Shown here: piece after piece, positions 9,415 through 19,691 of the stretch | Position numbering within the stretch: position 1 is the first letter of the stretch | How the letters are laid out: each line of letters starts with the position of its first letter | Source of the DNA: Candidatus Shapirobacteria bacterium | GTDB lineage: Bacteria; Patescibacteriota; Microgenomatia; UBA12405 | DNA: 64,000 bases | Assembly (NCBI GenBank): GCA_022837635.1 | Contig: JALHFY010000001.1 | Span: forward strand, 96,136-160,135 | Reading direction: 5' to 3' | Position numbers and translations under genes: made by a program | The notes under the pieces: model-generated | What the model saw: the letters and a program-made list of their open reading frames with translations, nothing else | The model's database searches: none | What the model was told of the DNA's origin: nothing

Positions 9415-10857
9415 ATGGCTGTTTTTCATTTGAAATATCGACCGACCAAAACTACTGACCTGGATTTACCTGAAGTATCGGAAAAAATAAAAAAGTTAAT
9501 TAGTGAAAAAAGTAGTTTTCAAGCCTTGTTGTTGGCGGGACCCAAGGGTTCCGGCAAGACTTCGGCGGCGCGAATTTTAGCCAAGGCGGTGAATTGTTTG
9601 GATTTGGTCAAGGGAGAGGCTTGTGGAAAGTGTGTTAATTGTCGGGAAATAGAAAAAGGTAACAGTTTGGATATTATTGAAATTGATGCGGCTTCAAACC
9701 GAGGAATTGATGACGTTCGGGCCTTAAAAGAAAATGCTTATTTGGTGCCGGTAAGGCTTCAGAAAAAGGTGTTTATTATTGATGAAGTACATATGTTGAC
9801 CAAGGAGGCTTTTAATGCGCTTTTAAAGCTGATAGAAGAGCCGCCGGAGAGGACCTTGTTTGTATTGTGTACCACTGATCCACAAAAGATACCGGAAACA
9901 GTTTTATCCAGATTATTAAGAATTAATTTTAGAAAAGGGGGAGCGGAGGATTTGGAGAGATCTTTGGATAAAGTAATTAAAGGGGAAAAAATTGAAATTG
10001 AGGCAGGGGCTAAAAAAATAATTATTGATAATTCCGATGGTAGTTTTCGGAATCTGCAAAAGAGTTTTAATGAAATTGTGTTGGAATATGGAAAAAAGAT
10101 TAAGAAGTCTCAGGTGGAGGAATATTTTGCTAAAAATAAGGGAGAATATGAAGCAGAGGAGTTGGAAAAAGATATAGCTAAAGGTGAAACGCAAAAGATT
10201 ATTAATCGATTGGAAGAAATGGCCGCCAAGGGAATTGATTTTGGAGAGTTGCGTTTGAAATGGTTGAATTTTTTTCATCAAAAAATGTTGGCAAATTTAG
10301 ATGATGCGAGATTAAAAGAAATTGTAGAAAAATTGGTAATGGCGGGAGGATGGGAAAAAATTTCACCGATTGAACAATTACCATTGGAAATGGTGATGAT
10401 TGAAATAACCAATAACCAAATTCCAATTTCCAAACAAATTACAAATCACAAAAAACAAATTACAAAGGAGGAGCCCGTCTCCGCCCCGCCGCTGCGGGGC
10501 TCCGACGTGGTGAAAATAGAAGAAATTGAAAATAGGTGGGGGGAAATATTAGCGGCGGTTAAACCCTTTAATCATTCAGTGGAGGCCTTTTTGAGGGCGG
10601 CTAGGCCTCAGAAGATGAATAAGGAGGAGTTGGTGATTGAGGTATTTTATAAATTTCATAAAGATAAACTGGAAGAGGCCAAGCATCGACAAATAGTTGA
10701 GAAGGGTTTAGATAAGGTTTTTGGTGAAGGGATGAGTTTTAGATGTGTGTTGGCGGAGAAAAAACAAGAAACAAGAGACAAGAAATTAGAAACTAGAATA
10801 GAAGATAAAAAAGAAGAGAAGGCGATAGAGGATGTGGCTAAAGAAATCTTTGGTTAA
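9415..10857 (+). CDS. dnaX: DNA polymerase III gamma/tau
   Basis: KYRP, GPKGSGKTS Walker A, C4 zinc, EIDAASNRG, IIDEVHML. Confidence 0.97.
   Translation: MAVFHLKYRPTKTTDLDLPEVSEKIKKLISEKSSFQALLLAGPKGSGKTSAARILAKAVNCLDLVKGEACGKCVNCREIEKGNSLDIIEIDAASNRGIDDVRALKENAYLVPVRLQKKVFIIDEVHMLTKEAFNALLKLIEEPPERTLFVLCTTDPQKIPETVLSRLLRINFRKGGAEDLERSLDKVIKGEKIEIEAGAKKIIIDNSDGSFRNLQKSFNEIVLEYGKKIKKSQVEEYFAKNKGEYEAEELEKDIAKGETQKIINRLEEMAAKGIDFGELRLKWLNFFHQKMLANLDDARLKEIVEKLVMAGGWEKISPIEQLPLEMVMIEITNNQIPISKQITNHKKQITKEEPVSAPPLRGSDVVKIEEIENRWGEILAAVKPFNHSVEAFLRAARPQKMNKEELVIEVFYKFHKDKLEEAKHRQIVEKGLDKVFGEGMSFRCVLAEKKQETRDKKLETRIEDKKEEKAIEDVAKEIFG
10402..10466 (+). repeat. In-frame copy of the 620-773 element left arm within dnaX
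   Basis: 20-nt (gaaataaccaataaccaaat) and 24-nt (caatttccaaacaaattacaaatc) identities to 620-666. Confidence 0.8.
10476..10507. repeat. GC-rich palindrome inside dnaX linker
   Basis: cgtc-tcc-gccccgc cgct gcggggc-tcc-gacg hairpin in AT-rich context. Confidence 0.65.
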
Positions 10858-10890
10858 TGGTAGAATTAAGAGTTAATAATTTTTATAAAT

Positions 10891-11142
10891 ATGTTTGATA
10901 AAGCAAAATTAATGGCTCAGGCTTTTAAGTTAAAAAAGGCTTTAGAATCGGAAATAACCGAGGTTGAAGATGGAGGAATTGTGATTAAAGTGTCTGGAGA
11001 TCAAAAGGTTAAATATCTGTCTATTAACGGGGAAGAAAATAAATTGTTGGTAGAAGTCATCAATAAAGCCATGAAAAAGTCTCAGGAAACGGCGGCTAAA
11101 AAAATGCAGGAAATGGGTGGCTTGGAAGGATTGATGAAATAA
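10891..11142 (+). CDS. ybaB: YbaB/EbfC nucleoid-associated protein
   Basis: dnaX-ybaB-recR synteny; IKVSGDQKV..LSI..INKA. Confidence 0.88.
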   Translation: MFDKAKLMAQAFKLKKALESEITEVEDGGIVIKVSGDQKVKYLSINGEENKLLVEVINKAMKKSQETAAKKMQEMGGLEGLMK

Positions 11143-11147
11143 AAACT

Positions 11148-11759
11148 ATGAAAAAAATTCCGGTTGCTATGCAGGAGGTCATCGATAATTTCGAGAGACT
11201 GCCGGGGATTGGTCCGAAAAGTGCGCAAAGATTAGCTTTTTATCTATTATCAGTGCCGGAGGCGGTAACTGATAATATGGGAGAGGCGATTAAAAATCTG
11301 AAAAAGAGGATAAAAATTTGTCGAGAATGTTTTGGAGTCGGAGAGGAGGATTTGTGTGAGATTTGTAGTGACAGCAGTCGAGACAGGAAAATAATATGTG
11401 TGGTTGAGAGGGCTGATGAGGTGATGGCGATTGAGGCGGTGGGAAATTTTAAGGGTGTATATCATGTATTAGGAGGGGTGATTAATCCCTTGGAACATAT
11501 TGGTCCGGAGGATTTGAAAATTAAGGAATTAATGAAGAGAATAGAGATGGGTGGTGTGGAAGAGGTGATTTTGGCGACTAATCCGACCATTGAAGGAGAG
11601 GGGACGGCACTTTATATTAAGAAAAAGTTAGAAGAGGGTGATTTTAAGGGAAAAATTAGTCGAATAGGTAGTGGTTTACCAATGGGAGCTGAATTGGGTT
11701 TTGCGGATCAGGTGACATTGAGTCGGGCTTTTGAAGGTAGAAGGGAGATGAATGTATAA
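11148..11759 (+). CDS. recR: Recombination mediator RecR
   Basis: LPGIGPKSAQRLA HhH, C4 zinc finger, TOPRIM ILATNPTIEGE. Confidence 0.97.
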   Translation: MKKIPVAMQEVIDNFERLPGIGPKSAQRLAFYLLSVPEAVTDNMGEAIKNLKKRIKICRECFGVGEEDLCEICSDSSRDRKIICVVERADEVMAIEAVGNFKGVYHVLGGVINPLEHIGPEDLKIKELMKRIEMGGVEEVILATNPTIEGEGTALYIKKKLEEGDFKGKISRIGSGLPMGAELGFADQVTLSRAFEGRREMNV

Positions 11760-12258
11760 TAAAAATATGATGAAAAAATTGGTAGTGTTGATATTGATAG
11801 TAATTTTGTGGGGAGGCGGATTTTATTTTTTTAAGCAAAAAGAAATTAAAAAAGAAGAAGTATGGTTAAATAATAAGGAGCAGATAAGTCCGACACAGGT
11901 GAGTAAGAAGGGGACTGTAGAGGGAAAGATATGTTATCCTTCGAGTTTTATTCCTGATGGACAAATTTTGGCTAAAAATGTGCAAACAAAGGAAATTTTT
12001 TCCCAGGTTTTTAAGATGGAAGGTAACAACCAAGAGTTTGAGATGGAGTTGGTTGAGGGTAAATATGTCTTTGCTTATAAACCGGATGAGGCAGGGGGAA
12101 TGATGGGTTTTTATAGTCCTTGTGCGGTGGAAATGGAAACTTGTGCGACTGATGAGTCCCATGAATTGATAGAAGTGGAAGTTAAAGCTGGGGAGAGACT
12201 TAAAAATATAGATATTTGTGATTATTATTATGAGACTGAAAAAGAGCGGTGGGATTAA
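11752..12258 (+). CDS. Hypothetical membrane-anchored protein
   Basis: N-terminal TM, GKICYPSSFIP, beta-rich, paired Cys. Confidence 0.7.
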   Translation: MYNKNMMKKLVVLILIVILWGGGFYFFKQKEIKKEEVWLNNKEQISPTQVSKKGTVEGKICYPSSFIPDGQILAKNVQTKEIFSQVFKMEGNNQEFEMELVEGKYVFAYKPDEAGGMMGFYSPCAVEMETCATDESHELIEVEVKAGERLKNIDICDYYYETEKERWD

Positions 12259-12267
12259 GATAGATTT

Positions 12268-12768
12268 ATGGCAGACCAGAGTATCTTAAAACAAGTAGTT
12301 AAAGGGATTGGAGAAATTGGAGAAAAAACGGTAGAAACTGGAGTTAAGGAAGGAGTGAATATAACTCAGAGTGTTATTTCCGGGCAGGAATTATTAAAAG
12401 GGGTTAAAAAATTGGATGAAAGAGAAGAACAACAATTGAAAGATGAAGAAAAGATAAAAAAAGAAGAGGAAATGAATCGCCTACGTGAAACTTCGGCGTA
12501 TCCAGGGAGAGATGTGGAGGGAGAAATTAAAGAGATTCGGGATAAAAAAACAGCCGAAGAGGAGGAGGAACAGAAGCAGTTTTTAGAACAAATAAGATTA
12601 CAAAGAGAGGCGGAAGCACAAGAAAGAGAGGAATTACTAGAAGCTCCGGGTAATGCTAAAAGAGAGGCGGCAAAAACTCAATTTGCGCCGGGAAAAAGGA
12701 AAAAACAGGCGCCGGATGCTGCACAAATGTCACAGACGAGTGAGTTTAAAGGTGGTAAAATAGACTAG
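12268..12768 (+). CDS. Hypothetical charged coiled-coil protein
   Basis: E/K-rich ORF filling the gap between neighbours. Confidence 0.7.
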   Translation: MADQSILKQVVKGIGEIGEKTVETGVKEGVNITQSVISGQELLKGVKKLDEREEQQLKDEEKIKKEEEMNRLRETSAYPGRDVEGEIKEIRDKKTAEEEEEQKQFLEQIRLQREAEAQEREELLEAPGNAKREAAKTQFAPGKRKKQAPDAAQMSQTSEFKGGKID

Positions 12769-12770
12769 AA

Positions 12771-14135
12771 ATGAAAGTTTACAATACCTTGACACGAAAA
12801 AAGGAAGAATTGAAAACCATCAAGAAAAATGAAGTGGGGATTTATTCTTGCGGACCGACAGTATATTGGAATCAACATATTGGTCATATGTATGCTTATG
12901 TGCAATGGGATACTTTGGTGAGATTATTGCGTTATTTGGGTAATAAAGTGACTTGGGTGATGAATATTACTGATGTGGGGCATATGACTTCAGACGAGGA
13001 TGCAGGTGAAGATAAGATGGAAAAAGGGGCTAAGAGAGAAGGATTGAGTGTTTGGGAAGTAGCTAAAAAATATGAAAAGCAGTTTTTGGAAAGTTTAAGA
13101 TTGTTAAATATTTCTACACCTGACGTGTTATGTCGGGCGACAGAACATATTGAGGAGCAGGTTAATTTAGCTAAAAAAATAGAAGCAAGAGGTTTTACTT
13201 ATCAAACTAAAACAGGTTTGGTGTATGATACTTCCAAGTTTCCTGAATATGCCAATTTTGCTAACTTGAAATTAACGGAAATGGAGGCGGGAGCCAGAGT
13301 GGAAGTAGATGAAGAAAAGAAAAAACCCTGGGATTTTTTGTTGTGGGTGACTAATCAACCTAATCATGTGATGAAATGGCCCAGTCCTTGGGGAGAAGGT
13401 TTTCCCGGCTGGCATTTGGAGTGTACGGCGATGTCAACGCGATATTTGGGAAATAAATTTGATATCCATACCGGTGGCAAAGAACATATTGGAGTGCATC
13501 ATACCAATGAGATAGCTCAAGGATACGGGGCTTTTGGTCATCAGACGGCTAATTATTGGTTGCATAATGGTTGGCTGACTTTTGAAGGGGCAAAAATGTC
13601 AAAAAGTTTGGGTAATGTAGTACTAGCAACTGATCTTAAAGAAAAAGGTTTTGATCCATTAGCTTTGAGATATTTAATTTTAAGTTCTAATTATAAACAG
13701 GGTTTGGATTTTAACTTTAGAAATTTGTCGGTGGCAGCGGAGGCTTTAGCTAAATTAAAGGCAGCGGCTGGGGTGCCTGGAGAAGGTAAGGTGATTGAAT
13801 CGGTAAAAAAGGAGTTTTTAGAAAAAATGGAAGATGATTTGTCCACACCTGAGGCGATAGCAGTGATTTGGAAAATGATCAAAGGAGAGTATAAAAAGGA
13901 GGATATCAAGGCAACTCTGTTAGAACTAGATAAGATCTTAGGGTTGAAATTGGCAGAAAAAGAAGAAGTCAGGGTACCGGAAACAGTGATAAAACTGGTT
14001 GAAGAGAGAAATAAGGCCAAGAAAGAGAAAAATTGGGTAGAGGCGGATAGACTAAGAGAGGAGATTAAGAAAAAGGGATATTTAGTGGAAGATACGAAAG
14101 ATGATTGTAAAATTAAAAAAATCATGTTAAGCTAA
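12771..14135 (+). CDS. cysS: Cysteine-tRNA ligase
   Basis: [24 protein letters not shown]. Confidence 0.97.
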   Translation: MKVYNTLTRKKEELKTIKKNEVGIYSCGPTVYWNQHIGHMYAYVQWDTLVRLLRYLGNKVTWVMNITDVGHMTSDEDAGEDKMEKGAKREGLSVWEVAKKYEKQFLESLRLLNISTPDVLCRATEHIEEQVNLAKKIEARGFTYQTKTGLVYDTSKFPEYANFANLKLTEMEAGARVEVDEEKKKPWDFLLWVTNQPNHVMKWPSPWGEGFPGWHLECTAMSTRYLGNKFDIHTGGKEHIGVHHTNEIAQGYGAFGHQTANYWLHNGWLTFEGAKMSKSLGNVVLATDLKEKGFDPLALRYLILSSNYKQGLDFNFRNLSVAAEALAKLKAAAGVPGEGKVIESVKKEFLEKMEDDLSTPEAIAVIWKMIKGEYKKEDIKATLLELDKILGLKLAEKEEVRVPETVIKLVEERNKAKKEKNWVEADRLREEIKKKGYLVEDTKDDCKIKKIMLS

Positions 14136-14141
14136 ACTTCG

Positions 14142-14441
14142 ATGAAAGACAGTCTAAATTACCGTTACGAGGTGGTGGTGGTGCTTAACCCCAAAGCCGA
14201 GTTAAAGGAAAAAGAAAAAAGCCTTAAGCTAATTGAAGAAGAGATTGGCAAGTTGGGTTATGAATTGGAGAAAAGAGAAGACTTGGGGACCAAAACTTTG
14301 GCTTATGAGATAGCCGGTAGCCAGAAAGGGGATTTTTGGGTATTTACGATTGGTGGTCGGGAAGCTATCAAGTCTAAAGATTTCACTTTGTTCTTAAATC
14401 GAGAAAAAAATATTATCCGTTATTTAATTTTAAAAATTTAA
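14142..14441 (+). CDS. rpsF: 30S ribosomal protein S6
   Basis: YEVVVVLNP, G.KTLAYEI, IIRYL; rpsF-ssb-rpsR order. Confidence 0.93.
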   Translation: MKDSLNYRYEVVVVLNPKAELKEKEKSLKLIEEEIGKLGYELEKREDLGTKTLAYEIAGSQKGDFWVFTIGGREAIKSKDFTLFLNREKNIIRYLILKI

Positions 14442-14458
14442 AGTAAGAAAGGAGAAAA

Positions 14459-15043
14459 ATGCCTAGTCGCTGTCTTAATAAAGTTATATTAATTGGTAAC
14501 CTAACCCGTGATCCGGAGTTAAGGTACACCCCAGGAGGAATGGCTGTAGTTTCTTTTGGAGTAGCCACCAACAGAGTTTGGGTGACGAAACAAGGTGAAA
14601 AGAAAGAAGATGCTCAATTTCATCGGATTGTAGCGTGGAATAAATTGGCTGAACTTTGTTCTCAATTATTATCTAAAGGTCGCCGGGTTTATGTAGAGGG
14701 TCGAATTCAATATAGAGATATTACCGATTCAGCCGGAGTGCAAAAACAAATATCGGAGATTGTAATTGAGGATATGATTGTTTTGGATAATAAAGGTTCA
14801 GGAAATTATGCTCCCAAAGAGGAAGAGGAAGCTAATTTAGAGTTAAATAACGGGGCAATTGAGGATATTGTTATTCCTGATGATATTGGTTTGGAGACAG
14901 AGACCACTGAGACAGATATTGCGGAGACATCTGCAACCGAGACTCCTGTGGCAGAAGAAACTCCGGTGACTCAGGAAGAAAGTCCGGCTGTTGAAGAAGC
15001 ACCGGTAGTTGAGGAAACTCCAACTCAGGAAGAAAATCAATAA
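14459..15043 (+). CDS. ssb: Single-stranded DNA-binding protein
   Basis: LNKVILIGNLTRDPELRYT, KGRRVYVEGR; acidic tail. Confidence 0.96.
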   Translation: MPSRCLNKVILIGNLTRDPELRYTPGGMAVVSFGVATNRVWVTKQGEKKEDAQFHRIVAWNKLAELCSQLLSKGRRVYVEGRIQYRDITDSAGVQKQISEIVIEDMIVLDNKGSGNYAPKEEEEANLELNNGAIEDIVIPDDIGLETETTETDIAETSATETPVAEETPVTQEESPAVEEAPVVEETPTQEENQ

Positions 15044-15048
15044 AAAAT

Positions 15049-15303
15049 ATGAAAAAAGGACGTAAAGATAGAAATAGACTAGTTAGACTCAAAGGTCGAG
15101 GGACTGATTGTGCCTTTTGTAAGGCCAAGAAGTCGCCTAATTGGCGTGATTATGAAAAACTGAGTGAATTTTTATCAACCAGAAAGAGAATTTTATCGGC
15201 GCAAAACACGGGGGTGTGTATGAAGCATCAACGGGAAATGGCTAGAGTCATCAAAGAGGCTAGAGAATTAGCTTTGTTGCCTTATACCGCTTCAACAGAG
15301 TAA
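15049..15303 (+). CDS. rpsR: 30S ribosomal protein S18
   Basis: CAFC, TGVC.KHQR, IKEARELALLPY. Confidence 0.96.
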   Translation: MKKGRKDRNRLVRLKGRGTDCAFCKAKKSPNWRDYEKLSEFLSTRKRILSAQNTGVCMKHQREMARVIKEARELALLPYTASTE

Positions 15304-15313
15304 AATGGTATAG

Positions 15314-15529
15314 ATGAAGCAGAAAATCAAGCTAGTAGTAGCTTTGCGAGAGCTTAATATGGACTCAAAAGGAGGAGTAATTAAGACTTGGACTTTGGAT
15401 GAAGTATTGTTGACCAAGGCGGAGGTGATTGGAGTTAAGAAGATTATTTGTGTAGAAGATTTAAGTGGTCGAGATGGGGAGGTGGAAGTTAAGAAAATAA
15501 GTGAAAGTGAATGGAAAAAATTAAGGTAG
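15314..15529 (+). CDS. Hypothetical protein
   Basis: 71-aa ORF with a -10-like TAAAAT just upstream, fills the gap. Confidence 0.55.
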   Translation: MKQKIKLVVALRELNMDSKGGVIKTWTLDEVLLTKAEVIGVKKIICVEDLSGRDGEVEVKKISESEWKKLR

Positions 15530-15538
15530 AATAGAAAC

Positions 15539-16762
15539 ATGGGTAAAGCTTTAAGAAATACCAGTGTAGTCTTGGCTCTAATGGCGCTAAGCGCTTTGAT
15601 TGCTTTTAGAGCAGGTAGAATTAGTCAACAAAAAGTATTAGGAACAGGAATTGAGGAAAAATTGGATTTAAGTTTAATGTCTAAGGTACGGGCAAAATTG
15701 GAAGAGAGTTTTTTGGAAAAGACAAAAATTAATGATAAGGAAATGAGCTATGGAGCTATTGAAGGCATGGTAGCAGCTTTAGATGATCCTTATACTGTTT
15801 TTTTACCACCGAAAGAAAATAAAAGCAGTAATGATGATTTAGCAGGGGAATTTGGAGGGGTGGGGATTCAGTTGGGTTATAAAGAAGAGACTTTGGCAGT
15901 GGTGGCACCATTAGCTAAGACTCCGGCAGAAAAGGCGGGAATAGAAGCAGGGGATTTGATTTTGAAGATTGTAGATAAAGAGAATAATGTCAACAAGGAT
16001 ACAGTTGGTATCAGCCTAAATGAAGCGATGACATTGATTCGAGGTAAGGTTGGTAGCGAGGTGATTTTGACTCTTTATAGAGAAGGAAAAGCAGAAACAT
16101 TTGATGTAACTTTAACTAGAGACACAATTGTGGTGGCCAGTACTGAGTGGGAATGGGTAGAATTTGAGGGTAAGCAAGTGGCTTGGGTCAGATTGTATAA
16201 ATTTAGTGAACAAACGTTCAAAGATTGGCCTGAGGTAGTGAATAAAATAAATGAAGAAAAAGTTAAATTTGGGGCGAAATATGGAGGAATTGTGTTGGAT
16301 TTGAGGAATAATCCGGGCGGTTATTTAGATGCCAGTGTATTGGTGGCCTCTGATTTTTTGGAAAAAGGAGTGGTGGTGACTCAAGAGAGCAGTAATGGTA
16401 GAAAGGAGAATTACGAAGTAGATATAAAGAGAAGAAACTTGTTAAAGGATAAATTGGTGGTATTGATTAATGCTGGTTCGGCTTCGGCGGCAGAAATTTT
16501 GGCAGGATCTTTGCGGGATCATAGTCGGGCGAAATTGGTAGGGGATAAAAGTTTTGGCAAGGGAACGGTTCAGGAGCCAATAGATTTTGTTGATGGTTCA
16601 GGTTTGCATGTAACTGTGGCCAAATGGTTGTTGCCTTCGGGGAAAAATATTCATCATGATGGGGTGAAACCTGATGTAGAGATTAAATATGAAGCTGAAA
16701 AAGAAGAAGTAAAGATTGATAATCAGTTGAAAAAGGCCTTAGAGGTGTTACTCGGAGTCTAA
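15539..16762 (+). CDS. ctpA: S41 C-terminal processing peptidase (CtpA/Prc)
   Basis: [30 protein letters not shown]. Confidence 0.95.
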   Translation: MGKALRNTSVVLALMALSALIAFRAGRISQQKVLGTGIEEKLDLSLMSKVRAKLEESFLEKTKINDKEMSYGAIEGMVAALDDPYTVFLPPKENKSSNDDLAGEFGGVGIQLGYKEETLAVVAPLAKTPAEKAGIEAGDLILKIVDKENNVNKDTVGISLNEAMTLIRGKVGSEVILTLYREGKAETFDVTLTRDTIVVASTEWEWVEFEGKQVAWVRLYKFSEQTFKDWPEVVNKINEEKVKFGAKYGGIVLDLRNNPGGYLDASVLVASDFLEKGVVVTQESSNGRKENYEVDIKRRNLLKDKLVVLINAGSASAAEILAGSLRDHSRAKLVGDKSFGKGTVQEPIDFVDGSGLHVTVAKWLLPSGKNIHHDGVKPDVEIKYEAEKEEVKIDNQLKKALEVLLGV

Positions 16763-17455
16763 AACACTTAGTTCCAAGAGAAGATCACTCATATCACCGT
16801 CTAGAATCTTTTGCAGAGGAAAGTCTTTATCAATGCGATGGTCCTTGACTTGATTGCGGGGATAATTATAGGAGCGAATTTTATCAGCACGCATAGCCAA
16901 ACCGACTTTTTCGCGAGTGGTACCTAGTTTCTGAATGCGTTTATCTTCTTCCAATTGCCATAATTTACCCCGTAACAGGTCCATGGCAATAGCCCGATTT
17001 TGCTCTTGAGAGCGTTCCTGACGAACGGAAAAGGTGAGACCGGTGGGTTTGTGAAGAATACGAACGGCGGTTGACACTTTATTAACGTTTTGGCCACCAT
17101 GACCACCAGCACGAGAGGCGGTCATTTCGATATCGTCGGGATTAATAACAACGTCTTGAGCGGTAACTTGGGGATAAACAGCAATAGCAGCGGTAGAGGT
17201 TTGGAGACGACCACGTTTTTCAGTAGCAGGGATTCTTTGGACTCGATGAGTGCCGGTTTCCCATTTAAGTTGAGGAAAGGCATCGATACCTGAGACTTGC
17301 AAGATATTACTGTCAAGATACTTAACTTTCCAGCCGACTTTTTCGGCATAGCGAATGTACATACGCATGAGGTCTTCAAGCCAAAGTTCAGCTTCTTGAC
17401 CACCAGGGCCGACACGGAATTCTAAAATAGCAATGTTAGGATTAATAGCAGGCAT
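16748..17455 (-). CDS. prfA: Peptide chain release factor 1-type, lacking N-terminal domain
   Basis: HRVQRIPAT (PxT), [17 protein letters not shown]; follows rpmE. Confidence 0.85.
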   Translation of the reverse strand: MPAINPNIAILEFRVGPGGQEAELWLEDLMRMYIRYAEKVGWKVKYLDSNILQVSGIDAFPQLKWETGTHRVQRIPATEKRGRLQTSTAAIAVYPQVTAQDVVINPDDIEMTASRAGGHGGQNVNKVSTAVRILHKPTGLTFSVRQERSQEQNRAIAMDLLRGKLWQLEEDKRIQKLGTTREKVGLAMRADKIRSYNYPRNQVKDHRIDKDFPLQKILDGDMSDLLLELSVLDSE

Positions 17456-17464
17456 AGAAAGAAG

Positions 17465-17710
17465 CTATTTTTTGCTTTTTTTAGCCTTTTTGGCTTCTTT
17501 GTAAGCAGTACCTTTAGCTTCTTTTTCTTTGAATTTTTCAATTCTACCCTTGGTATCGACAAATTTTTGTTGCCCAGTAAAGAAGGGATGACATTGACTG
17601 CAGACTTCAACTTCAATTTTTTCCAAAGTGGAACCGGTGGTAAATTTATTACCACAGGCACAGGTGACCTGACAGTTAGAGTAATATGTAGGATGAATCG
17701 CTGATTTCAT
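17465..17710 (-). CDS. rpmE: 50S ribosomal protein L31 (zinc-binding type)
   Basis: [24 protein letters not shown]. Confidence 0.97.
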   Translation of the reverse strand: MKSAIHPTYYSNCQVTCACGNKFTTGSTLEKIEVEVCSQCHPFFTGQQKFVDTKGRIEKFKEKEAKGTAYKEAKKAKKSKK

Positions 17711-17760
17711 AGCCAGTTATTATAACAGAAGTGGTGAAAATTGAATAGTCAGATATATTA

Positions 17761-17800
17761 TTGACAATAACTAAATTATGTATTAGAATTAAATTATGTA
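17761..17800 (+). promoter_or_regulatory. Sigma70 promoter of the TA operon with repeated operator-like motif
   Basis: TTGACA(17761)-17 nt-TAGAAT(17784); taaattatgta repeated at 17772 and 17790. Confidence 0.8.
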
Positions 17801-18035
17801 TACAGTATCCATTTCCAGTCGAGGTTTAATGTATCTACCTTTGGCTTTACAAAAGGAACTTAATATTGAAAAAGAGTCTAAGGTTAGGTTAAAAGTGGTA
17901 GGTAAAGGTAAATTACAGGTGAGTCCTTTACAAGATATTTTTTCAATGGCAGGTAGTCTAAAATCGCCTAAAAACGAAGAATTTGATTTAAGTAAGTGGA
18001 GACAAGAACAAGAAAAAGAATATGCCAGGTTATAA
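17796..18035 (+). CDS. AbrB/MazE-family antitoxin
   Basis: ISSRG..LP...KELNI..; overlaps PIN gene. Confidence 0.82.
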   Translation: MYTVSISSRGLMYLPLALQKELNIEKESKVRLKVVGKGKLQVSPLQDIFSMAGSLKSPKNEEFDLSKWRQEQEKEYARL

Positions 18036-18423
18036 GTATATAGATACTAATGTTTTGATTAGGGTTGGGGAAGGGAAGGAAGAATATATAAAGTGGTTAC
18101 AGGCTAAGGAAGAAAAAGATGAAAAAATGATGGTGGCTTCGATAGTAATGGCGGAGGTAATTTGGGTACTAAAGAGTTTTTATAAGAAAAATAGGGAAGA
18201 AATAAATCAGTTTATGGACAGTATTGTGGCAACTCGTTGTCTGCAGTTGAGAAGTAAGCATGATATTAAAAAAGCCTTGGAATTATATAAAAAGAGTGGA
18301 ATTAAATTTACAGACTGCTTAATTGCTAGTTACATGAAAGCGGAGGATGTGATCTATAGTGATGACTTGGATTTTGAGAAATTGGGGGTTAAGAGACGAG
18401 AGATAAGAGCTGATCAGGACTAA
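18022..18423 (+). CDS. PIN-domain (VapC) toxin
   Basis: IDTNVLI, E(VIWVL), F.DCLI, S.D.DF acidic tetrad. Confidence 0.88.
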   Translation: MPGYKYIDTNVLIRVGEGKEEYIKWLQAKEEKDEKMMVASIVMAEVIWVLKSFYKKNREEINQFMDSIVATRCLQLRSKHDIKKALELYKKSGIKFTDCLIASYMKAEDVIYSDDLDFEKLGVKRREIRADQD

Positions 18424-19654
18424 TTAATTTTTGTTCGCCGGTATCGAGGTTTTTGAGACTGACTTGGTTGTTATCAATTTCTTCTGGTCCCAAGACGATG
18501 ACATATTGAAAATTGTTTTTGGAGGCGTACTTAAATTGTTGACCTAATTTTAGATTGGGATCAAGATTGAGGGTAGCATTAACTTGATTTTTCCGTAAAA
18601 AGTTGACTAAATCTAGAGAATTTTGATAGGTATCTGGGGAAAAGGTGGTGACAAAAATTGAGCTGGGATTGGAGTTAATAGAGGGGAGTTTGTTTAATTC
18701 TTTGAAGAATTCAAAGATAGCCATGTCACCGATAGCGAAACCAACTCCGGGAAGATTTTTTTGACCACCAATCTGTTGGGTGAGGTTATTGTAACGACCG
18801 CCGCCAAAAAGAGCTCGTTTGAGAGTGGAAGTGGTGGCCCAGGCTTCAAAAACCAAGCCGGTATAGTAATCAAGGCCACGGACAATTTTAAGATCAATAG
18901 TAAAAAAGTCTTTAAGGTCGTTGGGAATAAGAGAGAGGGTGGTGTTGAGGCGAGGAGAAAAGTTGGCGGGAGGCTTGGCGAGAAGAGAGGGGAGTTGAGA
19001 AATTTGTTTTTGAGAAAAACCTAGATCTTGGAGCCATTCTGCAAAGACTTTTGTGTCCATTTTATCGATTTTATCGATAGCTTGGAGTAATGTTTTGTAT
19101 TGATTTTGGTCAAGAGATAATTTTTCAGAGAGGTATTTTTGAAGAGCTTGGCGATCACTGAGTCGGATTTGAACGTCAGAGGGAGATATACCCAGAGTTT
19201 GAAAAACAGTCGCGGCAATGGTAAGAATTTCAGCGTCAGCTTCAGGAGAATCGATACCAATCAGATCAATATTCCATTGGAAAAATTCTCGACCACGACC
19301 ACGCTGAGGTTGTTCATAACGCCAAAAACGGCCCCAAGATTGCCAGCGAAGAGGAAAAGAGAGTTCATTCTCTTGGGCGACGATGAGTCGAGCCAAAGAA
19401 GGAGTCAGTTCGGGGCGGAGGACTAGGCGATCACCACCGCGATCATTGACAATAAAGGTCTGTTTTTCCAATAATTCTTGACTGCTTTTATCGAGATAAA
19501 GATTGATATTTTCTAAAACGGGGGCCTCATATTCGCTGTAACCAAAAAGACGACCGGTGTTTAGAAAAATATTGGAAAGCCAAAGTTGAGTTGTCCAAAT
19601 CTCAGGATAAAAATCCCGCATGCCTTTGACAGTTTTATAGGTATTTTTAGCCAT
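18389..19654 (-). CDS. hisS: Histidine-tRNA ligase
   Basis: VKGMRDF, LRPELT, RYEQPQRGRGREF.Q, RGLDYYTG, GGGRY. Confidence 0.97.
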   Translation of the reverse strand: MAKNTYKTVKGMRDFYPEIWTTQLWLSNIFLNTGRLFGYSEYEAPVLENINLYLDKSSQELLEKQTFIVNDRGGDRLVLRPELTPSLARLIVAQENELSFPLRWQSWGRFWRYEQPQRGRGREFFQWNIDLIGIDSPEADAEILTIAATVFQTLGISPSDVQIRLSDRQALQKYLSEKLSLDQNQYKTLLQAIDKIDKMDTKVFAEWLQDLGFSQKQISQLPSLLAKPPANFSPRLNTTLSLIPNDLKDFFTIDLKIVRGLDYYTGLVFEAWATTSTLKRALFGGGRYNNLTQQIGGQKNLPGVGFAIGDMAIFEFFKELNKLPSINSNPSSIFVTTFSPDTYQNSLDLVNFLRKNQVNATLNLDPNLKLGQQFKYASKNNFQYVIVLGPEEIDNNQVSLKNLDTGEQKLISPDQLLSLVS

Positions 19655-19691
19655 AAGTGATTTTACCATTTGCTTTGGGATAAAATACATT

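Noticed and set aside
16748-17661. prfB-type programmed frameshift supplying the missing RF N-terminus
   Set aside because: Upstream sequence is rpmE; there is no CTT-TGA site, and the PAT motif indicates RF1
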